A DNA stretch of 43,538 bases. Origin: a virus. A model generated the notes under the pieces. The model worked only from the letters and a program-made list of their open reading frames with translations, did no database searches and had not been told where the DNA came from. The stretch lies in the IMG/VR virus record IMGVR_UViG_3300045988_001646, positions 1 to 43,538 of that record. The stretch is one strand, 5' to 3'. The stretch's first letter is position 1. Every line of letters begins with the position of its first letter. Of the stretch, positions 17,777 through 25,747 are shown piece after piece. The position numbers and the translations under genes are program-made.

Positions 17777-17901
17777 GCGAATCCGGGGGAAACGCCACGC
17801 AAGTTGCTGGCGTTGTTGTTGTTGAGACTGCCGCTGGTGCTGACATTGTAGAAGTTTCTGGAGTTGCCGGTGTTGGCGTCCCGAAGCCACCAGTACACCG
17901 C
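17777..17901 (-). repeat. DGR template repeat (TR)
   Basis: 125-nt gap-free alignment to 18451-18575. The sense strand contains AAC x4 in tandem plus other AAY codons. 13 of 14 mismatches are at TR adenines. Confidence 0.9.
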
Positions 17902-17954
17902 CCCACTGCCGACACCACCGCCGCACAGATATAGCGCCTGCCCTATATAAAGGG

Positions 17955-18383
17955 CTACGATAGCCCCTTATACCGTTCCCTATCGCCTTTCCGTACCTTT
18001 CCGATTAGCTTTGCCTCCGCGCTGATCAGCTCGCCGTGCTTCTGCATGGCGTGAGGCACCCACTTATACCGCGCCTTCTCGCCCTGCAAAAGCTCTTCAT
18101 ACAAGTCCTCCAAATCATCCGCCAGGTTTTGAAGCGCCACATTGGCCCGCCCCATATAGTCGGCGCGTATCTGCGCCTCATGGGCGTTATGCACATAGGT
18201 GTTGTTGGCTGCCTTTACGCTGTGCAGCACCTCTCGCGCCTCCTCGTAGATGGGGCCCAGCAAAAAGAATTGCAGCCGCTTGGGGCACTTTTTTACCACC
18301 GTCAGGGTGTGCTGCTTCAGCTCCCGGGCCGTCTGTATAAACTGCATAGGTGACTCGCCTCTTTGGCTTTTCGGTACGGACAT
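17955..18383 (-). CDS. avd: Accessory variability determinant (Avd)-like protein
   Basis: 142 aa from the ATG at 18383 (AAAGGAAAGG RBS). Helical, basic. Lies between the target gene and the TR, as in canonical DGRs. Confidence 0.75.
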   Translation of the reverse strand: MSVPKSQRGESPMQFIQTARELKQHTLTVVKKCPKRLQFFLLGPIYEEAREVLHSVKAANNTYVHNAHEAQIRADYMGRANVALQNLADDLEDLYEELLQGEKARYKWVPHAMQKHGELISAEAKLIGKVRKGDRERYKGLS

Positions 18384-18402
18384 GACCTTTCCTTTCTGCC
18401 AC

Positions 18403-18422
18403 CGCCCCATCTAAGGGGCGGA
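18403..18422 (-). promoter_or_regulatory. GC-rich hairpin downstream of VR (candidate DGR target-recognition hairpin)
   Basis: On the minus strand: CCGCCCC-TTAGAT-GGGGCGG. It starts 22 nt after the target-gene stop codon. Confidence 0.5.
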
Positions 18423-18443
18423 TGGCCTTGTGATGATTTTCGA

Positions 18444-19427
18444 TTAAAATGCGAAGCCGGGGGAAACGCCACGCACGTTGCTGGCGTAGTAGCTGCCGAG
18501 ACTGCCGCTGGTGCTGACAAAGTAGAAGCAACCGGAGTCGCCGGTGTTGGCGTCCCGAAGCCACCAGTACACCGCGTTCCCGCTCGCGTTTTTCTTAATA
18601 AACGGGGCACTGCCACCCCTACCATAGAGCCGGTAAGCAACAGCGCCTGTAACAGTCACTCCCGCCTGACTGTGCAGGGCCAGCTTGTCCAGAGTAGGCG
18701 TTGTGCCGAGATTATTTGCCAGCTTCCGCGTCAGCATGACCTCTTGCCACTCTGTCGGGATGGTGGCAAGCATCGCAGAGATCGTGGTATTGCGCATCTC
18801 TGTATTGGCCCAGCCGCCGGAATTTGTGTTGGTGGGGTTCATCCGGGCATCGGCAATAGATAGCACCGTATCCAGCGTCATGCCGCACTTGCCCGTTTTC
18901 GTAGAGCGATATTCGCCCGGGTCCGCCATGTCGTCGGTGTTGAAGCTGATTACCTGCACCGCCCACTCACTGCCGTTAATGGACAAAGGCATAGTGTCCC
19001 CAATGCTGATTTTCCGGCTTTCTGCGCCGCAGTTCAGCCATACGGCATTCGTGGTGTTGTTGATGGAGTTGTTGTTGGAGATAGCTTCTCCGTAAACATG
19101 CATCAGCTCCGGAGTAACACCCTCCAGGCCTTCTTTGTAGGTCACCCCGCCGGTGGGGGCAGTGTTAGCTACGGCGACCACAGGCAAGAAGAAAACCGGA
19201 GGCACAGTGTAGATTTTTGCCGGGCCCACCAGGCCGTCCTTAGAGGCCTGTATGGTCCAGGTGCCTACCTTAGATAGCTTCAGCTCGGCTATCCCTTCCG
19301 CGTCCGCTACAGCGGTTATTGTGGTGCCTGTGGTGGTAGCGGTAACGGTAGCCCCTGCGTCTGTATTCACGATGACCTCGCCGCCCTTGCTACCACCGCC
19401 CCCGCCAATCCTCATAATATTCGCCAT
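18444..19427 (-). CDS. DGR target protein (virion surface/receptor-binding candidate with a C-type-lectin-like variable C-terminus)
   Basis: 327 aa. The C-terminus YWWLRDANTGDSGCFYFVSTSGSLGSYYASNVRGVSPGFAF is encoded by the VR. Follows the tail-fibre gene. Confidence 0.85.
   Translation of the reverse strand: MANIMRIGGGGGSKGGEVIVNTDAGATVTATTTGTTITAVADAEGIAELKLSKVGTWTIQASKDGLVGPAKIYTVPPVFFLPVVAVANTAPTGGVTYKEGLEGVTPELMHVYGEAISNNNSINNTTNAVWLNCGAESRKISIGDTMPLSINGSEWAVQVISFNTDDMADPGEYRSTKTGKCGMTLDTVLSIADARMNPTNTNSGGWANTEMRNTTISAMLATIPTEWQEVMLTRKLANNLGTTPTLDKLALHSQAGVTVTGAVAYRLYGRGGSAPFIKKNASGNAVYWWLRDANTGDSGCFYFVSTSGSLGSYYASNVRGVSPGFAF
18451..18575 (-). repeat. DGR variable repeat (VR)
   Basis: Matches the TR at 111 of 125 positions. 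Lies at the 3' end of the target ORF and ends 4 nt before its stop codon. Confidence 0.9.
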
Positions 19428-19429
19428 GC

Positions 19430-20503
19430 TCAGTCACCTCTCTTTATCACGCGGATAGGCAGGTCAATAGTCGGCTTGTCACCGTAAGCTTTCAGCGTCA
19501 TGGTATTTGCCGCCTGTCCGCCGTCCTGAATGTTTGCGCTCTGCAAGGCTTTCAACTGCTCTGCCGTGATGTTCAACGCAGGCAAGACCTCCTGATTGCT
19601 GGTGGCCGTCACACCGCTTACTGCAAGCGCGTAGCTGTACGGTGCCGCGTCACCTGTCCAGCCTGTGGACAGCAGTGTGGCGGTAACTATGCTTGATTTT
19701 TCGACTTTGGCGTTCAATGCCGTCTGCGTGGCCTCGGAAATGGGCTTTGCAAGGTCGCTGGTGTTGTCCACGTTGCCCAGTCCGACCATTTCCTTGTCGT
19801 AATCTCCCGCCTGCGGTACAACGCTTCCTGCGCGTCCGTTGAAGCTCACCACACCGCCGCCAGCGGCCTGCTGTGCCTGTCCGGCCCAGTATTCCGCGCT
19901 TTTTTCGCTGGCCGCTGCCGCCGCTGCGCTTTTTGCCGCCGCCGTCACAGAATTACCTATGCTTCCGGCTGCCGCCGTGGCGGTCTCCGCACTTTCTGCC
20001 GCGCTCTGCGCCGATGCCGCCGCCTCCGTCGCCGCCTTTCGCGCGTCCACGATGGTGGCAAGCACGTTTTCGATCTGGCTCTGCAGCTGCTCCGCCTGCG
20101 TGGGCGGCACGTCCTGCTCCGTATCCGCACTGGTGTCCCACTTGCTCTCGCCCACGGTGAACCGCCCGTACACCGCCGTGGTGGCCCGTGTCTCTTTTTC
20201 CCCGGCCACCGCAGCGCCCTTGACGCACAGCGTCATTTCACCGGCGTACTTTTTGGCCCCGTTTGGCACCGGCACAAGATACACGCTGGTATCGTCCGCC
20301 TCCAGCATGTCAGCGGTCAGAAGCACCTCTATCGTGGCCTTCCCCAGCGCATCGCGGAACTGCACCATTTTTGTCAGGCCGTCCCACATGCCGGAGAACT
20401 CCATGCGGAGAATAACATCGTTGTGGCTCCCGGCAGCGCCGATCATACACTTGTCGCCGGTGATATATTCGTTCTGGATTTTCAGAGGGATCGTCCTCGT
20501 CAT
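19430..20503 (-). CDS. Tail fibre / receptor-binding protein
   Basis: 357 aa from the ATG at 20503 (AAAGGAG RBS). Ala-rich coiled stretch. VSFNGRAGSVVPQAGDY...LGNVDNTSDLAKPIS motif is typical of phage tail fibres. Confidence 0.7.
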   Translation of the reverse strand: MTRTIPLKIQNEYITGDKCMIGAAGSHNDVILRMEFSGMWDGLTKMVQFRDALGKATIEVLLTADMLEADDTSVYLVPVPNGAKKYAGEMTLCVKGAAVAGEKETRATTAVYGRFTVGESKWDTSADTEQDVPPTQAEQLQSQIENVLATIVDARKAATEAAASAQSAAESAETATAAAGSIGNSVTAAAKSAAAAAASEKSAEYWAGQAQQAAGGGVVSFNGRAGSVVPQAGDYDKEMVGLGNVDNTSDLAKPISEATQTALNAKVEKSSIVTATLLSTGWTGDAAPYSYALAVSGVTATSNQEVLPALNITAEQLKALQSANIQDGGQAANTMTLKAYGDKPTIDLPIRVIKRGD

Positions 20504-20523
20504 GTCCGCTCCTTTCTGCCGTG

Positions 20524-20578
20524 AAAAACGGCACAGCAAGCCGGAAGGATAGCGTCCTTCTCCGCTTGCTGCGCCGTG
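20524..20578 (-). terminator. Intrinsic terminator after the capsid block
   Basis: On the minus strand: CGGCGCAGCAAGC...GCTTGCTGTGCCG long stem followed by TTTTT. Confidence 0.7.
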
Positions 20579-20616
20579 TCACAGCCGTTTTTGAGTCTCG
20601 CGGTGGTATGCAGTTG

Positions 20617-21003
20617 TCAGTTCAGCTGCTGCTTGACCGCCTCATACTCCCGGGCCTTTTCCTCCAGCATCTCCGCTGTGGCCGCGTCCTGTGCCATCGA
20701 CCGGCGGATGATGTTGTATACCGGCCGCGGGATACGGACGTGCTTTCCACGCTGGATGCGGTACACCTTGCCGTTCAGCCCCACCACGATGTCGTCCTTG
20801 TATTTGTCATCGTCCTTGAAGGCGTAGAACGATACCATGCCGTCGTCCGCCTCTCTGACAGACATGCCACGCATGACCTCCTCGGCGGCCTTTGCGGCTT
20901 CCTTGGCGTCCTCCGCCTCCCTCTTGGCCTGCTCCAGCGCTTTGTTGGCCGCGGCCAATGCCTGTTCCATTTCTTCAGGCGTTCTCTGCTTCTTTTCTGC
21001 CAT
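20617..21003 (-). CDS. Hypothetical head-module protein
   Basis: 128 aa from the ATG at 21003 (GAGGAG RBS). Charged helical N-terminus. Confidence 0.6.
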   Translation of the reverse strand: MAEKKQRTPEEMEQALAAANKALEQAKREAEDAKEAAKAAEEVMRGMSVREADDGMVSFYAFKDDDKYKDDIVVGLNGKVYRIQRGKHVRIPRPVYNIIRRSMAQDAATAEMLEEKAREYEAVKQQLN

Positions 21004-21026
21004 GTTTATCACTCCTCATGTCCGGG

Positions 21027-21052
21027 GCGGAGGGGGACAATGCCCCCTCCGC
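21027..21052 (-). promoter_or_regulatory. Stable GC hairpin after the major capsid gene (no U-tract)
   Basis: GCGGAGGGGG / CCCCCTCCGC 10-bp stem with a 6-nt loop. Possibly an mRNA stabiliser or partial attenuator. Confidence 0.5.
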
Positions 21053-21059
21053 TTGTGTG

Positions 21060-22343
21060 TTAGTTCATCAGGCCGCTCTCAAAGGTAGAGGCGGACTCGA
21101 TACGCACCATGTACTGCTCCACCAGTCGCTCGGCCACCTTGGTCAGCTTCCAGCCGGCGGTGGCGCGCTGGTTCAGCGGGTCAGCGGTGCCGGAGGAGCC
21201 CAGCTGCTTCACGATGTGCTGCAGACCGCCGCCCTCCAGCTCGGTCACGCCGTAGGCGTCGGCGCCCACGATCAGGGTGGAATACACGTCGCGGCCCTTT
21301 GCGCCGCCCTCACCGGGATAGATCACGGTAGACGCGGCAGGCGTGGTTGCGGGGCTGTCCTTCACGGTGATGGTAGCGGCACCGGCAGCACCTGCGGCCG
21401 CGGACGCCACCTCCATCAGCTCGCTGCCAACCAGGATCTCGCGGCCGGTCAGCGCGGCAGCCTGGTTGGTGCTCAGGGCCTCGGTGACGGTGATGACCTT
21501 GCCGGACGCGCTCTTGACGGTCAGGTCACGCACAGCGGCGTTGCTGCCGTCGGCGATCACCAAATCGGGGGCGTGGAAGATCTTTGCCTCGGTGGTCTCC
21601 ACGAAACGGACGCCCTCGATCTTGCCGATCTCGCCCTCATAAATACCGTCGGGATCAGAGTAGGTCTTCACGTCCACCCACTTCTTGTCGCTCATCAGGT
21701 CATAGGCGGTGTCGGGGTGAATGATACCCGCGAAATAGCCGTTGATCTTCTGGGCGTTCATGACCTTCAGCGCACGGACGGCCTTGCGGATGTCGTCCAC
21801 GCTCAGGTACTTGTTGTTCGCCTCAGTGGCGTCGCCGCCCACCAGCTCGCTTCTGTCCTTGGCGCCGCCGGCATACACCACGTTGGTGCCGCCTGCCAGC
21901 ACCTCGCGGGTGATGGTGTCGGAGGTACGGCCGGCCTGAGAGGCAAGCAGACGGGTGGCCTGCACCAGGTTGTTGTCAATAGCGGTCAGCTCCAGGATGT
22001 CGGACAGCTCGATGTAACCGCCGTACTGCTTGATGGTCGCACGGATGACGCCCATGCTCAGCTTCTGGCCGGCGGGGGTCACACCTTCGGTCAGGGGCAC
22101 CAGCGCCTTGGGCAGGCTGTCGTACTTGCGGAACTCGATGGTCTTGCCGCTGTTCTTGGGGATGGGATGCTTCTGGCCAAACTGGTCATGGATCAGCTCC
22201 GGCTCGGCCAGATTGATAAGACGCATAGAGTAATACGTCTTCATCTCGTCGGACAAACCGGCGTCCAGGGTGGTGTTGGTGTTGCCGTCAAACAGGTTCA
22301 GCACCACCGGCATCAGGTACAGGTCACAAATGGTATTCATCAT
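21060..22343 (-). CDS. Major capsid protein
   Basis: 427 aa. AAAGGAG RBS. Follows the scaffold gene. Sequence is typical of HK97-fold capsid proteins (DVKTYSDPDGIYEGEIGKIEGVRFVETT). Confidence 0.85.
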   Translation of the reverse strand: MMNTICDLYLMPVVLNLFDGNTNTTLDAGLSDEMKTYYSMRLINLAEPELIHDQFGQKHPIPKNSGKTIEFRKYDSLPKALVPLTEGVTPAGQKLSMGVIRATIKQYGGYIELSDILELTAIDNNLVQATRLLASQAGRTSDTITREVLAGGTNVVYAGGAKDRSELVGGDATEANNKYLSVDDIRKAVRALKVMNAQKINGYFAGIIHPDTAYDLMSDKKWVDVKTYSDPDGIYEGEIGKIEGVRFVETTEAKIFHAPDLVIADGSNAAVRDLTVKSASGKVITVTEALSTNQAAALTGREILVGSELMEVASAAAGAAGAATITVKDSPATTPAASTVIYPGEGGAKGRDVYSTLIVGADAYGVTELEGGGLQHIVKQLGSSGTADPLNQRATAGWKLTKVAERLVEQYMVRIESASTFESGLMN

Positions 22344-22388
22344 AGTTTCATAGCTCCTTTCAGCATATCGCAGCGGAGCCGTGAGGGA

Positions 22389-23345
22389 TCAGAACGAAAT
22401 GCGTTCGCCTCTTGCCACTCTCCGCTCGATCTCTTCAAAGTCTGCCCTTGTCAGCTTTGAAGGATCTGTCTTTGTTACGAACGCGCTGTTGGAGTTGGTG
22501 CCGTTTTCGTTGGGACGATTGCCCTTTGCGCGGACGGAGTCTGCCACCTTCTTTTCCGTGCTGGCGGCCGCGGCCTGTACCGCGCTGCCCATCAGCTCAT
22601 CGAAGTGCAGCACGCGGTAGGCGTGCTCCACCGGTGTCCCGGCCTTCAGCAGGCTCAGAAACTCCTGGTTCTGCAGCTCCTGCATCAGGTCGAAGCCCTG
22701 GTACAGGGGGTTGCCCTTCATGGCCTCCGCTTCCTTGTACCACTTCTCGCCCTGCGCCCGGAAAAACTCGTTCTGCTGCTGTTCCTGCTGGCTCCGCAGC
22801 AGCTCGGCGTTCTCCCGCTTCAGCCGGCGGAACTCCTTGTACTGCTCCTCGCTCATGCCCGCCTCCTCGGCGGCCTCGCTCCAGTAGGCGTGGTCGTTGT
22901 CCACGGCCTCCAGCAGCCGCGCGGCGTCCCCGTCGTCGATGCCGTAGCGCTCCATCAGCGTATCCAGCACCGGCTGGTAGGACTTCATCCGCTTCTCGTT
23001 CTCCCGCGCCTCCTTGAAGCGCCGGTCGATCATCCGCTGCGTTTCCTGGGTGTACAGGTCCTTGTACTCCCCGTTGATCAACTCCCTGAAAGCCTTTTTC
23101 TTAGCCTCCAGCGCGTCGGACGTGGTCTCCACGTCCTTTACCTTCTCCTCAGCCCCGGCGTCAGGCTGCTGCTCCGTCTGTGCTTCGCTCTCCGGCTGCT
23201 TGCCGTACTTCACGTCGCTCAGTGCGCCCGTTTTGCCCTGGCGGGTGGTACCAGTGCTCGCTTGTGTTTCGCCCTGTGCTGCGGGAGCTGCCGCCCCGCC
23301 GCCCTCGCCGTCAAACAGGCAAAGGCTCATGTCAAAAAGGTACAT
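22389..23345 (-). CDS. Scaffolding protein
   Basis: 318 aa from the ATG at 23345 (AGGAGG RBS). Highly charged and helical. Lies between the portal/Prp genes and the capsid gene. Confidence 0.75.
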   Translation of the reverse strand: MYLFDMSLCLFDGEGGGAAAPAAQGETQASTGTTRQGKTGALSDVKYGKQPESEAQTEQQPDAGAEEKVKDVETTSDALEAKKKAFRELINGEYKDLYTQETQRMIDRRFKEARENEKRMKSYQPVLDTLMERYGIDDGDAARLLEAVDNDHAYWSEAAEEAGMSEEQYKEFRRLKRENAELLRSQQEQQQNEFFRAQGEKWYKEAEAMKGNPLYQGFDLMQELQNQEFLSLLKAGTPVEHAYRVLHFDELMGSAVQAAAASTEKKVADSVRAKGNRPNENGTNSNSAFVTKTDPSKLTRADFEEIERRVARGERISF

Positions 23346-23443
23346 ATCTTGTCCTCCTAAAAATGCGCGGGCATGTCGCTCCCGTGTGGCGTCCCCGTTC
23401 CTGCGGCGAAGCGGTGTCTCATAACCGCCGCCCCGCCGCCCGG

Positions 23444-23531
23444 AACAAAAGGGAGGTACAGAGTTCGCCTCTGCACCTCCCACGGTACCATTGCTTTTTC
23501 TGAATTTTCCACTTAAAAGTGGAATTTTCAA
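23444..23531 (-). promoter_or_regulatory. Late regulatory module A: TTGAAA box, 18-bp palindrome, then intrinsic terminator
   Basis: On the minus strand: TTGAAA-A-TTCCACTTTTAAGTGGAA-AATT, then 21 nt, then a 13-bp hairpin GGGAGGTGCAGAG/CTCTGTACCTCCC followed by TTTTGTT. Same layout as 28231-28327. Confidence 0.6.
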
Positions 23532-23806
23532 AATTTTACAGAAATTTTTTTCGGCGCCGCCTTTTCCAGCTGCAAAAAGCCGATCTTCAGCAGGTCATAC
23601 AGCCATTCTCCGCCGTGCCAGCGCAGGTACGCATCCCCGCTGTCCAGCTTTTCATACACCAGTTCCGCCTCCTGCGTGTTGTGCAGCCACCCCGCCGCCG
23701 TGTACATGAGGCAGCTTACCGCCGCACACACGTCCGGTGCGCCCGTGGCGTGTCCCCTGCACCTGACGGAGCAGCTGTCCCCGCGGTGCAGCGTTACCTC
23801 TGTCAT
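23528..23806 (-). CDS. prp: Prp-like cysteine protease (ribosomal-processing cysteine protease family)
   Basis: 92 aa. GHATGAPDVCAAVS carries the His/Cys dyad typical of Prp. ATGA overlap with the portal stop. Confidence 0.75.
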   Translation of the reverse strand: MTEVTLHRGDSCSVRCRGHATGAPDVCAAVSCLMYTAAGWLHNTQEAELVYEKLDSGDAYLRWHGGEWLYDLLKIGFLQLEKAAPKKISVKF

Positions 23807-25737
23807 ACGCTGGGTGTGCTCCGCTTGGCAAGCGCCTGCCCGTACCCGGTCATGGGCGTCTGCGCCTCCATGATGCCGCTTGCAAGGCCGTTCCCGCCGC
23901 CTCCGCCGCTCTCTGCGGTATTGGTGCCTCCGCCTGACTGCGTCTCCTCCTGGGGCATGAGAACGCCGGTGATCGCTGCCAGCTGCTGGCTCATCTGCAT
24001 CACCATGTTCAAAAGCGTTTGCCCCTGCATGACCTTCTCCTTCACCGTCTGTATGCCCTCAAAGTCCATCATGTCCAGCGCGATCAAGCTGGCCTGTGCG
24101 TTCTCCGGCGCGAAGAAGCCCATTGCGTACAGCTCCTTGGCCCGCTCGTTCTGCTCCATGCGGCTAAAGGGGTTTTTCTTCTGCGCCTTGATCTTCAAAT
24201 CGAACACCGGCCGGCGGAACATGGGATTGCCCATCGTATCCAGTCCGGTCACCTGGTCCTGCAAGCCAGTGTTGTCGAAGTCGATAAACTGGTACTCGCT
24301 GCCCTCACCTGTAATGCGGAAGCTGCGGCTCAGGTCGTAAAACTGCCGCATCAGCTCCACGCACAGGGTATTGATCTGCGTATACGCCCGATAGCTGGCG
24401 GCGATCATGTCCCGGCTGGCCTTGTTGCCCGCCTCCTGCAGTGCTGCAATGGCCGCCGCCGCGGTCACGTTGGTGGTACCGCCGGAGTTCACGTCACGGT
24501 TGGCCGCCGTGTCCTTCATCTCCTCGATCTTCATCTGCGCCACAGTCACATAGATGTCAGAAAGCGGCTGCGTCACGATCTCCTGAATGCGCCCGTCGTC
24601 CAGCGGTCCGTTCACATGCACCAGCGGCCGGTTCCAGTCCAAAAACTCCTGCTCGTTGATGGCCGTGGTGTCGCTGACAAAGAAACGCTTTTTCGTGGCC
24701 ATCATGGCGTTCTCCAGGATGTTGGCGCTCAGCTTGTCGATATACAGCTGCGGGTCCTTGCAGATAGCCACATAGCCGAAGCCGATGGGCGTGCCTTTCT
24801 CCGGGTACATCACGTCCAGCACCACCGGGTACATACCGTGGTCATAAAAGCCCCGCTCCCGGTACTCCGGGTCGTTCTCGCTGGCATACAGCAGGGTGGA
24901 GCCCACGAATTTGATGTAGTGCAGCGCCGTCCTGCCATCCGGTGTCTTGACCTTGTAATACCAGTCCACCACCACGCTCTTGTCGCTGGTGTCCACGTTG
25001 TCGTCGTAGATGTACTCCTTCACGTCCACGACCTTGCCCTTTTGCTTACCCTTCAGCTGCGGGTACTCGCTGTCCAGCAGGTCGTTGTCCACCAGGTCTA
25101 CGATAAACAGGTTCCGGCTCTTCTGGATGTCCGTGATGCCCGGCTCCCAAAACAGCTTCAGCAGGTCGATGTCCCTGATCTCGATGTCGCCCAGTCCATT
25201 GTCCTTCTGCGGGTCCCAGAAGATGCCGTACACCGCCGTGCCGTGCTTCAGCTTCTCCCACCAGTTGTCGGAGTACACCTGCTCGAAGTGGTTGTACTCC
25301 TGCACCACCGGCAATATCTGGCTCAGCGTCTTGGCGCTCTGCTCATCGCTGCGCTCCCGGGGCAATACCACCGGCTCCGGGTAGTTGTCCATCGCGTCGG
25401 CGTGCTTGTTCTGAATGGTGTTGAACAGCCACGCGGAGGACGGCTTGGGCTCCGGCGGCGTAGACGTGACCTCCTTGCCGCTCTTGTCCACCCGCTTTGC
25501 CTTGCTCTGACCGATGCCCTCCCAGTGCCGCAGCTCCCACCACAGCTCGTCGTTGACGATGCGGTTTTCCAGGTTGCTCTTTCCGTCCTTGTACTTCGTC
25601 AGCAGGTCGATGCCCCGCTCCACGTCCCGGTCCGTGATGGTGGGCGTCTGCTCTGTCCGCTGCAGCAGCATGGCCGCCATCTCCGGCGCCATGTCCTGCT
25701 CCTCCGGTACGATGCCGGGGATACCGTATCTCTCCAT
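23803..25737 (-). CDS. Portal protein
   Basis: 644 aa. GGAGGAG RBS. Lies immediately downstream of TerL. Size and sequence are typical of portal proteins. Confidence 0.85.
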   Translation of the reverse strand: MERYGIPGIVPEEQDMAPEMAAMLLQRTEQTPTITDRDVERGIDLLTKYKDGKSNLENRIVNDELWWELRHWEGIGQSKAKRVDKSGKEVTSTPPEPKPSSAWLFNTIQNKHADAMDNYPEPVVLPRERSDEQSAKTLSQILPVVQEYNHFEQVYSDNWWEKLKHGTAVYGIFWDPQKDNGLGDIEIRDIDLLKLFWEPGITDIQKSRNLFIVDLVDNDLLDSEYPQLKGKQKGKVVDVKEYIYDDNVDTSDKSVVVDWYYKVKTPDGRTALHYIKFVGSTLLYASENDPEYRERGFYDHGMYPVVLDVMYPEKGTPIGFGYVAICKDPQLYIDKLSANILENAMMATKKRFFVSDTTAINEQEFLDWNRPLVHVNGPLDDGRIQEIVTQPLSDIYVTVAQMKIEEMKDTAANRDVNSGGTTNVTAAAAIAALQEAGNKASRDMIAASYRAYTQINTLCVELMRQFYDLSRSFRITGEGSEYQFIDFDNTGLQDQVTGLDTMGNPMFRRPVFDLKIKAQKKNPFSRMEQNERAKELYAMGFFAPENAQASLIALDMMDFEGIQTVKEKVMQGQTLLNMVMQMSQQLAAITGVLMPQEETQSGGGTNTAESGGGGGNGLASGIMEAQTPMTGYGQALAKRSTPSV

Positions 25738-25747
25738 GCGCTCCTCC

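Noticed and set aside
20892-22460. 522-aa plus-strand ORF, and similar long plus-strand ORFs at 24019-25965, 6279-7724, 9867-11171, 26282-27196 and 26988-28004
   Set aside because: They lie exactly antisense to well-supported minus-strand genes (capsid, portal, giant protein, terminase). They are R/P/H/L/G-rich with no RBS and no recognisable motifs. They are typical shadow ORFs of high-GC coding DNA.
23346-23531. N-terminal extension of the scaffold ORF (MKIPLLSGKF...) and the 61-aa ORF 28142-28327 (MKIPLKSGKI...), which look like paralogous proteins
   Set aside because: The shared MKIPL(L/K)SGK start is simply the translation of the duplicated palindrome/TTGAAA regulatory module. The downstream sequence diverges and is non-protein-like, and a strong AGGAGG RBS marks the real scaffold start at 23345.
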